Numbered from the stretch's first letter, positions 23,936 through 38,158 are shown. The stretch: 64,000 nt of DNA from the human T2T-CHM13v2.0 reference genome, Homo sapiens (GCF_009914755.1 NC_060929.1); one strand, 5' to 3'. Program-made: numbers and translations. The notes: generated by a model not told the origin, from the letters alone.

Positions 23936-26719
23936 TAATCCTATACATTTTTGAGTGAAAACAGTATTAGGAGAATTCAAAAGGAAAGAAAGACCTCATT
24001 ACTAACTAGTAAAAATTTTTAAATGTTAAAATTCACAAGTGATGCTGATGCTACAGGTCCAGGGAGCTCTATTCTGAGAACCACCACCTTATATTAAATA
24101 AGAGAAAAACCAACCACAAATGAGAAAAACACTAATAAGGAATGGGAGTATATATGGTCTAGTGAGTTTCCCCTGGGAAAAAGTTATTGTGGGATTTCAC
24201 TGGGGTTGGTGCCACCTGGAATGATGTGGTAAGTGGAAATGACTTCTAAGCAAAATAGCTGGTGACCCATCATCACTTTGGTTTGAGTCATTGCCAGGTG
24301 GTACATCTTTTAGTTACACATCCATGTTGTTTTGCCCAGGATATTCCAGCATTATATTTGGAAGAAATCACCAGAAATTGGAAACTCAGGTCTGAGAAAA
24401 GCAGATACTCAGACTCCCTGTGCCTGGGTAAGCATTCAGGACAACTGAGGCAATCTATTGCTTTCCTTTACTGTGCTACCACCCTGAAGTGCCCAGGGAT
24501 GGAGAAAAACAATCAATGTGAATATATATGCATTTTAAAAAGCATCATACTACTGCTATTGTTTTACATTCAGCTTTTTCTGAAGTGATATATTATGAGC
24601 ATTTTTCCATTTCCTTTTAAAAAGCTTTAATCCATTCTGTAGTATTCTGTCATATGGATGTACCATACCTTTTAAGTAACCCCCTTCTGAGGGTAGGTTT
24701 GCTTCATTAATTTTCTCTATTATAAATAATTCTGTACTGATTTTTTATCCATTGTTCATCTTTTATTGCCTTCATGTATAGAGCCAGAAATTTCTGATTT
24801 GGAAGTTGTGTGTCATAAGTACAAAGGGTTAAGAACCACTGCAGAATTTTGTAATTATAATAGAAACTCTAGAATAACTACAGCCAGTATTCATAAATAC
24901 ATTCCGTCCCAAAAAGTTAAAACTGGCAGACTTCCTTTGTTAAAAAATCCATCCAAAAATATGCTTTAAAGCATTTGTCTCAAAGATGTTGAGGTACAAA
25001 CAATAACTCTACAAAAATGATTTGCCTGTTTCCACAGTAAATTTTGGTTATAAAGACACTGATGTGTTGGCTTATAGGACTGTTCTGGTGCCTGATACAC
25101 AAAAGGATAAATAAATATTTTGAATCAATGAATGATTAAATGATGAAGCATTCACTTATAAGCAGAGGCCACTCAATATAAGTTAAATCGTATTGGTTAA
25201 AGAGAAATAACTAATATCTCATATTTTGGGGTAATATATACATTGCTGGAGTGCTGGAGTGTATTTGCTTTTCATATGTTCCCTGGTGTCAGGCTGAACA
25301 TAAACTATGATGTTAGAGTTAGTCCCCAGGGGTGAGAGCAGAACATCTGAGAGATACTCTTAGCCATCATATTGAGACCATCTGCATTAAAACCATCCAC
25401 TCCAACTCTTTCCTCATGATGGCTCCTAGACTGCTAAATCATGAGTGATTTCTGCTAAAAGGATCTCCTTCCATTAAACAATAGTACGAGAAGCCATCAC
25501 TGTGGGTCAGGGATGCTCAATCTCTGCTGAATTTCCTGGGGAATTTTTTAAAAGAAGATAACTAAAAAACAAACAAACAAACAAAACTATCAATGTCCAG
25601 GTCTCATCTCAGGATAATCAGAGCCACTGGGGCAGGAAGAGGGGTGGGCATCAGTTCTTTATACAAGGTCCTCCAACGTACCACCACAGTTAAGGAGCAT
25701 TGCTTTACAGAATGTAAACAGCCAACATAATACAACTTTAGGCACCCTATGACCTCAAGAGAACTGTGACATCAAAACATCTTCCAGGCATCACTTTGCT
25801 ACGTAGAGACAGATTCATAGTTCTTTCAGGCATTGATTAGTTCTGTAAGTACTAGAAGTAATATACCTCTCCAGAAGCCATTAGTGAATCCTGTCAAGTT
25901 GCAAACCTATGGAATAATTTGGCAAAGAGTGACGAAGTTCCAAACTGGAATACCTGGTGGGCAATCTTGATGCTAACATGTCATTGGGATGAAATGGAAC
26001 TATGGTACAAGTTATTTTTGGATTTCCAACATCTTTTTATAGTAACTACTAAATTGGAATGAAAATGCTTGCACTCAAATTGATAGTGCCTTTAAGTGGC
26101 AAGAAAATCTTTTCTCAGCTCCTTTGGGCCCATTATCTCTGAGGTTTCTGTGATGTAAATTGTACCTTCCTGCAGAAAGCCACCATCCCTGAAGGCTGAC
26201 AGTTCATCCCACTGAGAGTCAAGTAAACTGGCAGTCACAACCTGCTCAAATTCCATAACTGAATAATGGAGGTGTGGAATTTTGACCTTGGACTGAGTTA
26301 ATTATTTAATTTACTTTATTATAGAAATATATAAAAGTAAGTATGTATACAATAAATATACTTCAATATATGCCATCAAATTTATATGTATCATATATAA
26401 GTCTTCCAGCAGGCTATCTACTGTGGATATTATATATAGTAAGGCTCATATTTTGAACATAAATAAGTGTACATTTTTAAAAGTAAACAATTTTCATCAC
26501 CCATGCTAAGTAGTTATTAAACAAATATTTAAAGATGATCAGTTTGAACGGACACTACACAATTAGACTGCCTAGGCTGTCCATCTGAGTCAATCCACTC
26601 TTAGCCATTGCCAAAACCTGTCATATGAATGAATGCGGATGTCTGCACTTTCGGAACGAAGTTATCCAAACCTTCATTTCTAATACTAGTCTTTAACTAT
26701 CATGTGTCTTGAGTGTCGA

Positions 26720-27156
26720 TTGTGGGTGAGTTATTACGGCAGAGGAAACTGACTCTGCCAAATCGTTTCTCCCCCTTCCAAAATACAGAGTTGTTAATGA
26801 GTAGCAGCTGCCCAGCCAAAACTGACATTCCTGAGTCCCTGTGGGACCCTGTGACTCATTCTTGCCAATGGGATGTGTGTGAGGCAATGGGCCCAATGTG
26901 GTTGAGGAGTCAATGTGACTTCTCCAACCACTCTTTCCACAGAGTGTGCACACAGACATGGGAAGCCACATATTGAAGATGACAGAACTGCAAGATGGAA
27001 AAAGACTAGGTTTTCTGACTCACTACTTGGAAGAAGGCTAGTCATAAGCCAAGGATATCTATTTTGGACTTTATTGAATGAGGAATACATTTCTATAATC
27101 TTTGGACCACTATGCACATTAAGTGTTTTTACAGAAGCTAGCATTACACTCATACA
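26720..27156 (+). mobile_element. MaLR solo LTR (MLT1J-like)
   Basis: 'tgtgactcattcttgccaatgggatg...gccacatattgaagatgacagaactgcaagatggaa'. Confidence 0.65.
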
Positions 27157-28664
27157 CATGCTATATCTGTCCCTATTACAACTGATAAAAAACCTTTGAG
27201 TGACGCTTCTTCAAAAACTTTCTTGTGACTGGTCTGAAACATGTGTGACTTCTAGTAACTGTAAATAAGAGATTTAATGGGAAGGCATATTTTGCAATAG
27301 CTGACATTTAGAAGCATAAATATATTTAAAAAGAATAAAAGTATTTCTTACTCAGGTGTTTTAAATCTCTTATGAAAATAAATTTTGAGTTTAGTAATTA
27401 GAGTTAACTTGTTTCGAAATGAAAATTTGGTTTCATATCTTCTGTTAACTGGAAATTAGCTCACCGCTATAGTTCTAAATATGGTATATATTCCCTCATA
27501 TGTATTCTTTCAGATTTTTTCATAGAATCATTTTAACACAGTATCTATTTTAAGAAAAATAAATGAGTCATGTTCTATTGCTTCTCCAAATGTGAAAAAA
27601 AAATTTATATGAAAATATACACATTAAAATTCAATATACTGCCAATAAGATTCCTTTTCTGGGAGAGGGTTCTACCTGAGAACCAGGAAGAAAAACAAGA
27701 GATTTTACGGTAACACTATGTCAGTATCAAGGAAAGCTAGCAACAGAGCAAAAGAATCTCTGATGGCCTTCAGAGCTCTGAAAACCACTAGAAACCTTCC
27801 CATCTATGCAATAACAAGGCAAGGCAAGCAGTTATCACAAAGAAATACTGCAAGGCAAGGCTGCATTCTGATTCATGGTCTTTTGAATAACTAGATACTT
27901 GTCTCTAGACAAACACTAAACCTCTTTTGGTCTCATTTTTCTCATTTGTGTGCCATAAATAAGAATAGGTAATTCGTATGGTCCCTTCAGATTCAAAACA
28001 AAACTTCTGTGAAAGTTTATCACTTCCCTAGAAAAAGACCTTTGTGAGGTGTGGGTACCTGGTAGATCTAAAAGTCCAAGGACTGCACAAGCATGAATCG
28101 GATGGCCAGTCTTCCTGGGCAGCTACCATAGCCATAGTCCTTCAGTTGCACCTGGGAAACGATGTAATGGTGTAAATGCAGGGACCAGGAAACATGATTA
28201 TATTACTTGGCAAACAGGTTTCTCAGGCATGTAGTCATTGTAATGTAAGCAGTAACCTCTGAAAGAACGTTTTTTTCCTTCAAAAATGTTTCCGTTTGTA
28301 TTTATTCAGGAATTGAAAATATGAACATTTCACTTAGGACCACCTCAGATGATAAACATTTCTGGAAATTTTATTAACATTTGAAGCATTACTGTTAGAA
28401 CAAACCAAATAATTAAATGGCAGAAGGTATATTACATCAGATCTGCTCATGCAGATTTTCAGGTAATCAAAACTCACTTTCAAACATTTTTTAAAAAATC
28501 AATGGATAAAGCAGAGAAGTCATTTCCTCTGAAAAAATTAGGCTTATATCTCTTCATGGGACTGAAGCTGGGCACTGTCATATGAATAAATAAGATCAAT
28601 AATGGTACATCCATAAACAGCCACTCCTGGAATTTCAAGACCTTAGAAAATGTTGTAAACAGAC

Positions 28665-28710
28665 ACACAAACACAAACACAACACACACACACACACACA
28701 CAAACACACA
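28665..28710. repeat. Imperfect (CA)n microsatellite
   Basis: cacacaaacacaaacacaacacacacacacac... Confidence 0.9.
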
Positions 28711-29339
28711 TACGGTATTGAAATAAATATTTAAGCCATGCCTGCAAAGCCTTCAGCAACAGAGTTCATAATGGAAATGATAGACCTTTAATGATAGAAA
28801 CATTAGCAGACCGTGTAAGAATATTGTAAATCATTTCTAAGTAACAATATTGATAAGACAAGCCTTTCAAAACCACCCAGGACACCTCTTTAGCTAATTA
28901 AAACCAGAGAGTGGCTATGGCTCTTTTGTCATTCACAATATTGTAGCTCTGATCATCCCACAGTGAATGATTTTACTTCAGTAATAACCCTGATCCAACA
29001 TTCAGTTAGCAATTACCACATCAGACTTTATCTACTGGTAACAACTAGTTCGGAAGATATTGCCCTGCATGCATTAATTTCATCATGCTAATAAAGTTCC
29101 CTGTTATAAAATGCAAAAACATATTAACCTGTCTAATGCAATATAAGAAACATATATATCTTTCTTGCAAAATGATACACCAGCATTTCGTTTCTATTTC
29201 AAGACTTAAGTGGGTAAAGTATATTAGAACAGAAAGTAACAAGCTATAATCTTCAGTGAACACAATAACATAAATAAGTGCCAAAAAATTTTCCTGTAAT
29301 TGCAGCTATTGTAATTTGTAAACATTCTATTACCTTGGA

Positions 29340-29354
29340 ATTTGCATAACAATG
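29340..29354 (-). promoter_or_regulatory. Perfect POU-SOX (OCT4-SOX2) composite motif CATTGTTATGCAAAT
   Basis: Plus strand reads atttgcataacaatg, an exact 15-bp match to the canonical composite; function untested. Confidence 0.6.
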
Positions 29355-32259
29355 CAAGACTGCTCATTTCTAAACACTGAACACTGAAATAGAAGTATAT
29401 CCATCTCGTCTTTTCTGCAAAATTCAGGGAGGCCACTGCTGGCTCCAGTTAACTCTCTTGGAGCACCTAGCACATGTGGACCGATGGAAACATTTAATAA
29501 AGACGCAGACGTGACTGAAAATGACCAGCCAGGATCTCCAGGACACAATCTCTGTCATAGAGCAAGAAATCTATAAGGACTTGTTGAATGAAGTAGGAGG
29601 GGAGCTCTATTGTTTTACTCAAGAGTAATAAGCTCTATTTATAGGTCCAGGATCTATCCTGGAGACCCTTTTCCCTTCCGCCCTCCTTTTGCCCTCCTGA
29701 GCTTGTACAGGTACCATCTCTATGTCTAAGTGAGGAATTCAAAGCAGGGATGCCTCATTTTCCCCTTGATTAGCACCCCTCACCTCTACTTCACTAACTT
29801 TCGTGTCCTACATTGATGATGGGACAAATTGGCATGGTCTATTTCTTCCCCTTCAACCCCAAGTTCCCTACTGGCTTGTTCTGCTTTCAGAATATTAAAT
29901 GTGAAGAGCTTACTAATTGTTAAAATCTCAGTGGAAAAATGAGTCATGTGACTAAAACTAATATGTGGCCTTTCTCTCTTCTGTCTCCAAGGACTCATCC
30001 AAAACTGTCAACTCTTTATTAAAGCAACGCCTTGACTTTCTAGAGAAAATGACTTCACGGTGTTACTGCCAACCGTGGGAAGCCCAGTCATTCTAACGAA
30101 TTTTTTTAAGTGTCTGCAGCTTAATTAAACCCTAAGCAAATTAAACACATCACCCTCTTCTGCAGGTAAAGCAGAACGTTCATATACCCACTGTTGGGGC
30201 AGTTCAATGCATCTGTACACAAAGAGCCTGGCCTCTTCCCTGGAACACTGGTCAAAGGAAAGCATTGTACAAGCTAAAGCCCATCCCCATTCAGCACCTG
30301 GGGGTTTGTCCACACCAACCAGGCAGGATTGCTCAGCTCTCTAGGGAAATGTGGCATTCACACATACAATATAGTACTGGCTGGAGGCCTAGCAAACAGT
30401 CACAGAAGTGCGGAGGATTTATAGACTGAAAATGAGCACATAGACAGCAGCTCCGAGTTCTCTCAGAAAACATGTGTGCGGCGACTGAACTGTGGGAGGC
30501 CTATGTGGGGCCCCCAGAGCTTGGCAGAACCTCTAGTGGGGACCCAGTGTGTATGTGAACATATCAGAGCTATAAATCTGGTAACAAACACTCCTTTGTG
30601 ACCTTATGAAGATTGTGAAAGACAAAGGCATTTTAAGATTGCAATGTCAGGAAAGAGGGAGGCCATTTGGAAAGCTGACTTTCATATTGCTGATTCTCAA
30701 CTGCTTCTAGGCTTCTTGGGTATACGTAGAAAAAGCCAGAGTGGGGCTTCACCTACAGCCCCACAAGACAGCTATGTCCACAAGGCATGACCTTCTGGAG
30801 AGAGCCGCACCTCTGAAGGTGAACACATTAATTTGATGACAGTTTCTTGTTCAGTTCAAAACACTGGCCAAGGACATCCCTTTAAAATTTATAATGAAAC
30901 TAAAAAAAAATTATCCAGCCAAAATTTTACCCCATTTCATTAAATTTTATAGTCTTCATTAATTACAGGGTCATACTCAGAAAGCAACAAGTAGGCTACA
31001 AGAAGGAAACAGGGGTGGAGGTGGCAGAGCCCAGTAGACAATTAATTGACTGTACTTTGCAATTCAGGACAAAACATTTTATTTACTTGTCCCAACACAT
31101 ACTTAGCCTGCCCTCTGGGCTTTCATAGCTCTTTCATTCTGGAATCCAATTCCAGAGTTTATGGCCTCCAAGGTTTATGGTCCTTCCCAAGGAAGCTCTC
31201 TTCACCTATTAATATGCATCATGGTTCTTCTTCTCAGAAGGGTGGTTCTTGTGAAAGCTAAGCAATTTTTATGTAATACACACCTGAATGGGAACTTTAC
31301 AATGGATTTGGGTAAGACTTTTGTTTTTTGGTGTCAGTTTTACCTGTCGTTATTAAAGAGGTAAAGAAGAAAGAGGGGAAAGGAAGAGATAAAAATAATC
31401 CTACTGTAATTTTCATATCAAATAGAGTCCCCTATTGCTTGTCTTGTGGTTTCTGGGCAGACTATTGGTCTGAAATTCTAGACCATTAACAGTTCATTTG
31501 TCTATACTTAATTTTACAATGACACCAGAAAGAACAGCAAAAATAACAATGAAGAAAACTCACAGGCCTATTGCTCTGAAACTAAAGTTGCCAGTCATTT
31601 TATTTCCCAGCATTTCTCAAGCCCATTTCTTCATTCACCAGCAACTCACCCACCATTATTAGAGAGGATTTTTTACCACCCAGGAAAGCAAATGCTGTCA
31701 TCCTGATTTTACTGCTCAGAAGATACTTGTCAATTAAAATCACCTCCAGGTCTTAGCTAGGAACAAAGACCAAATTCCAGAGATTCCCCTTGTCTTTCCC
31801 AAAATAGAGTTAGAGCTCATTTCCTAAATTTGTTCTGCCATTTACATTTGGCCACACTGCAACTTGTAGACATGGGGTTACTATTCACATATTAAAACTT
31901 GCTTATTTCCAAATAAACATCTGTAACTTTAAATGCTCATATAGCCACTATATAGATTTAACTAATTCTAAGATATATCTTATATCTTATGTAAGATATA
32001 TCTTGAGTAAGCATATTAAACAAATGCCTTTTCAAGTAAGAACTATTTTCATTGCTGCCTTCTGGTTTCTGAGTCATCTCTGTCTCACTCTTATAACTAC
32101 ATGTCTCCCAAAAGCCACCTAGTACCATAACATACGTATATATTTATAAAATGCTAGTAACATTTCATTCCTGCCTCTTTGATATGAAGGTCTTGGAAAT
32201 ACATGTTTTCTCTGGACTGCTGTTTTTAACAATAATAGAAAGAAAGGAGTAATAACAAT

Positions 32260-32490
32260 CATGGCAAATATTCCTTGAGTTTTCATAATGTACCAGGCAC
32301 TGAGCTAAGCATCTTTCAACATACACAATCTCACTTAATTCTTAATACTCCTGTCTAGAAGGTAGGTACTATTATGATTATTACTATTTTTTACAGAGGA
32401 ATAAACTAAGGCATTTGCCTGTGTTCCAGGGATAGCCAAGGATTCAAACTTACATCTTTCCAGTTTCAGCATCCAAGCTCTAAACTGCTA
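32260..32490 (-). mobile_element. MIR SINE
   Basis: 'aatgtaccaggcactgagctaagc...ttttacagaggaataaactaaggc...gccaaggattcaaac'. Confidence 0.75.
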
Positions 32491-35352
32491 TATACCAGGG
32501 CATAGAAATAGGACTACCAGCCATAGCTTTGATTCAGAGGAAAAAAAAAAACAAAAACATGGCACAAATGTGTATAACATATTTAGATAGTATAGTTTAA
32601 AACTACAAATATTTTTTCTCTTTGCCAGTATAATACATGCATAATTTGTGAATTAAAACTTAATTGAGCGCACCACAATTGGAAAATTACAAAATACTTA
32701 AAACTTACATCAATTCAGCCTCCATTCCATTATCAAGAGAGAGGCTGTTTATGCATTCCTATTCTGGCAATTAAGGACAACTATGTTTTCTAAAGTGAAG
32801 GTTATTTTGACTTTGATAAGTATATAGCTCACTGTCTGATCATAAAGGGCCAGAGCTGAAGATGAATAACAGAGTACTTTGTCCTTCACTTCAGGCATGA
32901 TGGCTGGACCTCTGTGGTTGTAAATCTTCCAATATTTGATGGCCACAGTGTCAGCAGCAAAATGATGCATAATAAACACAACAATACATTATATGCCACT
33001 TCTTGATTTGGTGCCAAGTCAGGGAAGGAAACAGTCTACTTTTGAATGGGTGTTCTGAAATAATACATAGACAGTGTGTATTGGAGAGATCTGAAGAGGA
33101 AAACTCAAGCTGGTTTTTCATCCCACAGTCTCCAAACTATTATTCTTTGAAACTGACTATCTGGAGTGATGTGAACCCCTCTACCACCACTGTTGGGTTG
33201 ATATCAGGAAGCACAGAGTCCACAGGCTTTCATCTAGCCAGGAAAAAGGAAACAGAGCTTATTTTGAACAGGAAGGAAAAAAGATATGTGATGAAAGTCA
33301 AAGAAACAAGCTGCCTAAATCCTTGACAAAGTAGAGATGAAAGGAATGAGCTTGTGAAATAATGTGGATACCTAAAAATCATGTTTCAATCATGTTTTTA
33401 ATTGTCCATTCTATCCAGAACGTTTGTTGCAAAGTCTAAAACCTTCCTTTACAATGAAAAGAGAAAATACCGTTCTAAGGCATGCATCTATAAAACGGTA
33501 TTTCTCAGGCACTAAGGAAAATGCAAGCTCTAGAAAAGGAGTGATGTGGGAGAGGCACACATGGCTTCAACTGTGACAGCTGTCTCCCCATGCAACCAAA
33601 TCAGAGACTGCTGGTGCAAGTGGGGACCTCAGAAGTCACTGGGTCCAACCCTGACTTTTTATAGATGACAGGCTTAAAACTGTTAAGTAACGTGCCCAAG
33701 GTCATGCTTGGGGTTGTATTGTCTGAATAACAAATGGCAAATGGACAAAAACAAAAGAGATCATAGTCTAAGTTACTCAAAGACTTTCTATAAGGAAAAT
33801 GGTGGTAATTATGGTCCCTAAGTCCACTTATCTACCAAAGCTTAATATAAGACATCCAAGAAATATATATAGATACATATATAATCTATATATGTATGAT
33901 TGTGTGTGTATACATATATGTATAGATATGTATATGTGTGTGTATATATATATATATACACACACACACATTTCCTAAAGCAGGAATTTTTTTTTTAAAT
34001 CAGATATTCTGTGAGACATACTTGCTTTATTCAGTATCAGTTTAGGGTTTCTCACTCAGTTGTTCTTTCTAGAAAGGATATTTGTAAAGTCCAGGATTTA
34101 TTCTCAAGGAGTAAAAGCAAAACCAAACATTTGTGTCCCTTTCATTTGAATCTCATGTCGAGTCTGTAAGTGCAAAAGCACTTACATATCAGTCAACCAA
34201 ATTCTTACTGTCAAATCTAGATGTACAGAGCTTGCAATAGAGAAATGTAGATACTTTCTAGTTTCTCTGCATTCTACCATCTTACCCCAGGAGCTCAAAA
34301 ATGACTCTACCCTTTTCTGGAAAATAGTACAAAGGAAAATTCCTGGGTTGTTTGGCTTCTCATAGTCCCAGAACTTGGGCTATATCTGAAAGTTCCAGTT
34401 GACATCTGTCCAGCACTGAACACTGGCTCCAATTCACAAGATGGCCTACCCAAGACTAATCTCCATCTACAAGTACCCTTGGAAGATGGGATGGACTCCA
34501 TACAGGCCAGAGGCTGTGCATGCTCCCTGCAAATCTTGGAACTTCACCCAGGAAACATTAAGGTGGACATTCAAAATGGTAAAAAGACTCCTTCTGGCCT
34601 AAGCATCCCCTCACACACCTCTCAATGCCATAACTTACCCATAAAACAATCAGAGTTCAAGACGATAATTATTTCCCTAAGGCCAAGTTCACTATGATCT
34701 GGTCTCCAAGAACTTCTCGTTATTATCAACTACTGTGGGCCAATCCCAACTATATAATCTTTATAAGTGTTATATTCATTCATATTTCTATAAGTAATAT
34801 ATCTTCTTATTGCCTGCACCCTGGGCAAATTGCCTTCATATTTCCCACTCCCACCCCAGCCTGGAGAAATAGGCAACATTCAAATTGTTCTCTCAGCCCT
34901 CATCCCTCTAATGATCACCAACAAAATCCTACCTGCAACCAGGACTCTCACTTCGGAGTATAGTTTCTGAGATAAATCAAAATTTTTCTTCTCCTTCTTC
35001 CCATCCTTTCTTGGTCTTCATTTCATACAGATAATAGCATGTAGAAAAAACATGAAAGGAAAAGTGATATTCACTGAAGAGCAACTCAAGGCATATGTGT
35101 GGACACAGGGAGAGGCAACCCCTCCCAATCGGGTGGGTGTGGGTGATAGGTCATGTGTGTATAACCTCAGATCTTTGTTAGCACCAGCAGCTGGAACACA
35201 CTTCTCTCTACAAATAGCAGGCTCCTGGAGTTTCTCAGCATCAGCAACAAGAGAACCTGTCAAAGAAGTGGGCCGGAGATATCGCCCTGCTTCTCATACA
35301 CATAACTGAAAAAAAAGCAAAAGAAAAATATCATTTCACTGCCAGCCTAGTT

Positions 35353-35355
35353 TGA

Positions 35356-35452
<97 letters not shown>

Positions 35453-35468
35453 TCATATATATATATAT
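35353..35468. repeat. (TA)27-C-(TA)18 microsatellite with inverted flanks
   Basis: tgagtc(TA)n...(TA)n gactca. Confidence 0.95.
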
Positions 35469-36269
35469 GGGGGGCAATTATGTGTACCGGACTACAGTAC
35501 TGGCCAGACCCCATGAACACCTAAGGATGAATGAGGCCCAGCCCCGCCCTCACGGATATAACAATTTAGACAGAAAGATTTACATAAACGTTCATATGAC
35601 TAGCTACAAATTCCTAAGCCAATGTCCAAATTAATGTACCAAGAACAACCCTAAAATAGAATAATTTTTATTTTTTCTTTTAAATAAATATTCCACGTGA
35701 AAGCTATCTATTTCAAAACACTTGCCATAATAAGGCAACACATTCTAATTCACAGTTCTGTTTTTCAAGTTTTGAATCTCATTGTAACTGCTTTCTGAGT
35801 AGTTGCGCAAGGAGGGGGGAAAACAGGAGTGGGGAAGGGAGGAGTATTTTCTCCCTAAAATTGTTTAGAATTATAGACTTGTGATGGTAATACAAAAGAC
35901 ACTGTATCTTAATCAGTTCTATTTCTTTAAACATTTCTATAGACAATATATCTTCTTATTGCCTGCACCCTGGGTAAACTGCCTTCATATCCCCCGCTGC
36001 CCAGCCTCTGCCTGCCACTGTTTCTGAAGGGTGTATTCATCCCAATAGGCTCAATGATGTCCAATCTATTCTTTTCACCAGATGCAGAGTCAAATCTAAT
36101 GAATAAAACAGAGGGTCAAGCCTGGCAATACTACTATAGGGCAGAAAGCAAGTATGGCTTTACACTGAGAGTGTGGTTGTCAAATGCTGCCCCTGACAGC
36201 AATACCACCAGAAGAATCACTTCAATGTTTTAAGCAAAAACAGAATTGTTGAAATAGGTGTATAATCTC

Positions 36270-36650
36270 CTATGTTAATCTAGGCAGACCATGAACAAAA
36301 GACTGCAAAATCTCAGTGATACAATGCAAAAAAAAAAAAAATCAATTTCTCACCCCTGCTGTATTTTTCACATGGATTATCACAAGGACTCTACTCCTTG
36401 TGATATCGCACAGGTCTAGGCTGACACAAGCCCCATCTCAACATTTGCTTCCATGATGGTGGTGGCAGTGTAAGTGGATCTTTTAAAGCTTTCTCCTGGG
36501 AGTGACACAAGTCACGTCTGCTCACATTCCATTAGTTAAATAAAGTCACATGGCATACCCAACTTCCACAGTGTTGGAGGAGTAGAACCGTGCCAGGTTT
36601 TTGGCAGGAGAAAGGCCAGAATATTGGTGGGTAGCCTCTGACTAACGCCT
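36270..36650 (-). mobile_element. Old MaLR LTR (MLT1J/K-like)
   Basis: 'gtgacacaagtcacgtctgctcacattccattag...aaagtcacatggc'. Confidence 0.6.
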
Positions 36651-36802
36651 CCCATGTATTATCATTCCTTAAAGAGGCCAAGAATCATTTGCATGTAAAT
36701 TTTGGAAAATTAGTTTTAAAAAACATCCTCACTATTATATGGTCACTACCATGTGTTAGATTTCTTTACATGCCAGAGCTACAACACAGTTGAAGAAGCC
36801 AT

Positions 36803-37101
36803 TTATTTTTATTTTTATTTATTTATTTTTTTACCCAGGCTGGAGAGCAGTGTTTTCATCTGGGCTCACTGCAACCTCCGCCTCCCAGTCTCAAGCAATT
36901 CTGCTGCCTCAGCCTCGAGGTACCTGGGACTACAGGTACACACCAATACGCCTGGCTAATTTTTTTTTTTTTTTTTTTTTTGGTTGAGCTGAGATTTTGC
37001 CATATTGCCCAGGCTATTCTTGGACTCCTAGGCTCGAGTGATCCACCCACCTTGGCCTCCCAAAGTGCTAGGATTACAGGCGGAAGCCACCACACCCAGC
37101 C
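36803..37101 (-). mobile_element. AluJ/S-type SINE
   Basis: Reverse Alu dimer with an extended T linker; TSD aagaagccat at 36793-36802 and 37104-37113. Confidence 0.92.
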
Positions 37102-37234
37102 TCAAGAAGCCATCTTAATGCTTGTGGTTCACTTGTAAGGTGCAGGCAGGTTTGTGAGAGGCATCTGTATGACTGACAGGGGATGCAGCGTGGCATAAAG
37201 GAGGTAGGAAGGAAGCTGCCATTCCAGGTGGACT

Positions 37235-37425
37235 CACCTGTGCCAAGCACTGCTTTACACTGTACACACAGTATCTCATTTACTCATCCCAACAGCCCTG
37301 CAAGGTAGGTGTCACTATCCTCATTTAAAAACTGACAGAAATGGAGACATAGCTTAAAATACACTGTGCCAGCCAATGTCATGGGTAATAATGTTCAAAC
37401 TCAGATCTGCCTAGTTCCAGAAGCC
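37235..37425 (-). mobile_element. MIR SINE
   Basis: 'tgtgccaagcactgctttaca...atctcatttactcatcccaacagccctgcaaggtaggt'. Confidence 0.7.
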
Positions 37426-38122
37426 ATGGAGTGGGTCACGTGAGGAAGTCCAAATGATACAAATTCCCTTATTACTTTATCTGCATCCCTTTTATAGCCC
37501 TTCTAATGAGGCAACTGATTTTAAAATGAGAATGTGCTAAGCTCTCTAAGAATAGGGACTTAGCTCCATTCATCTTTGTCTGACTGGTAATGACTAGCAA
37601 ATACTCTAGCACATAGTAGGTGCTCAAGAAAATATTAATTGTTAAATGCATGTTGAAAGTCAAGGCTATGCTCCAAAGCAATATTCCCTTTCTCTTCTCC
37701 TGCACAGCACATGAAAGGAGATTGACAAGATGAAATGTTTCCTTAGTGATTCTCAAGAAAGGCAAAGCTGTCAACATTTTCTTTTGTCAAGAGTGTTCAC
37801 TAAGCAAGAAAATAGAGAGTAGCTCCCACAACGCAGACCTGAACGTGAAGATAATGGTCAGCAGGGCTCTGCAAGCTGTCTGAGTTCCCACTCCCAATAA
37901 GCTTTCGATAGGAACTTGCCTGCCAGAGAAACAGAGGGAACCTCATTTTGCTAGGAGACAACACACAGCTGCATAGTTCCATACTCCGCTTAATCCCAGA
38001 GACAAATTCACAAGTTGTCCTAAATGTATCACTCTACTGGGAACTCTTTTTTCTTTTCTATTTCCAACCAGTGTCTGCCATTTGATATATCACAAATAAA
38101 TCATGTTTCTCTCTGTCTGTCT

Positions 38123-38157
<35 letters not shown>
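38123..38157. repeat. (CA)n microsatellite
   Basis: Uninterrupted CA run. Confidence 0.95.

Positions 38158-38158
<1 letters not shown>

Noticed and set aside
29335-29384. Minus-strand 50-nt exon-like unit (ctatttcag|...AAG|gtaata)
   Set aside because: Short pyrimidine tract and no recognisable peptide; better explained by the overlapping POU-SOX motif, though not excluded.
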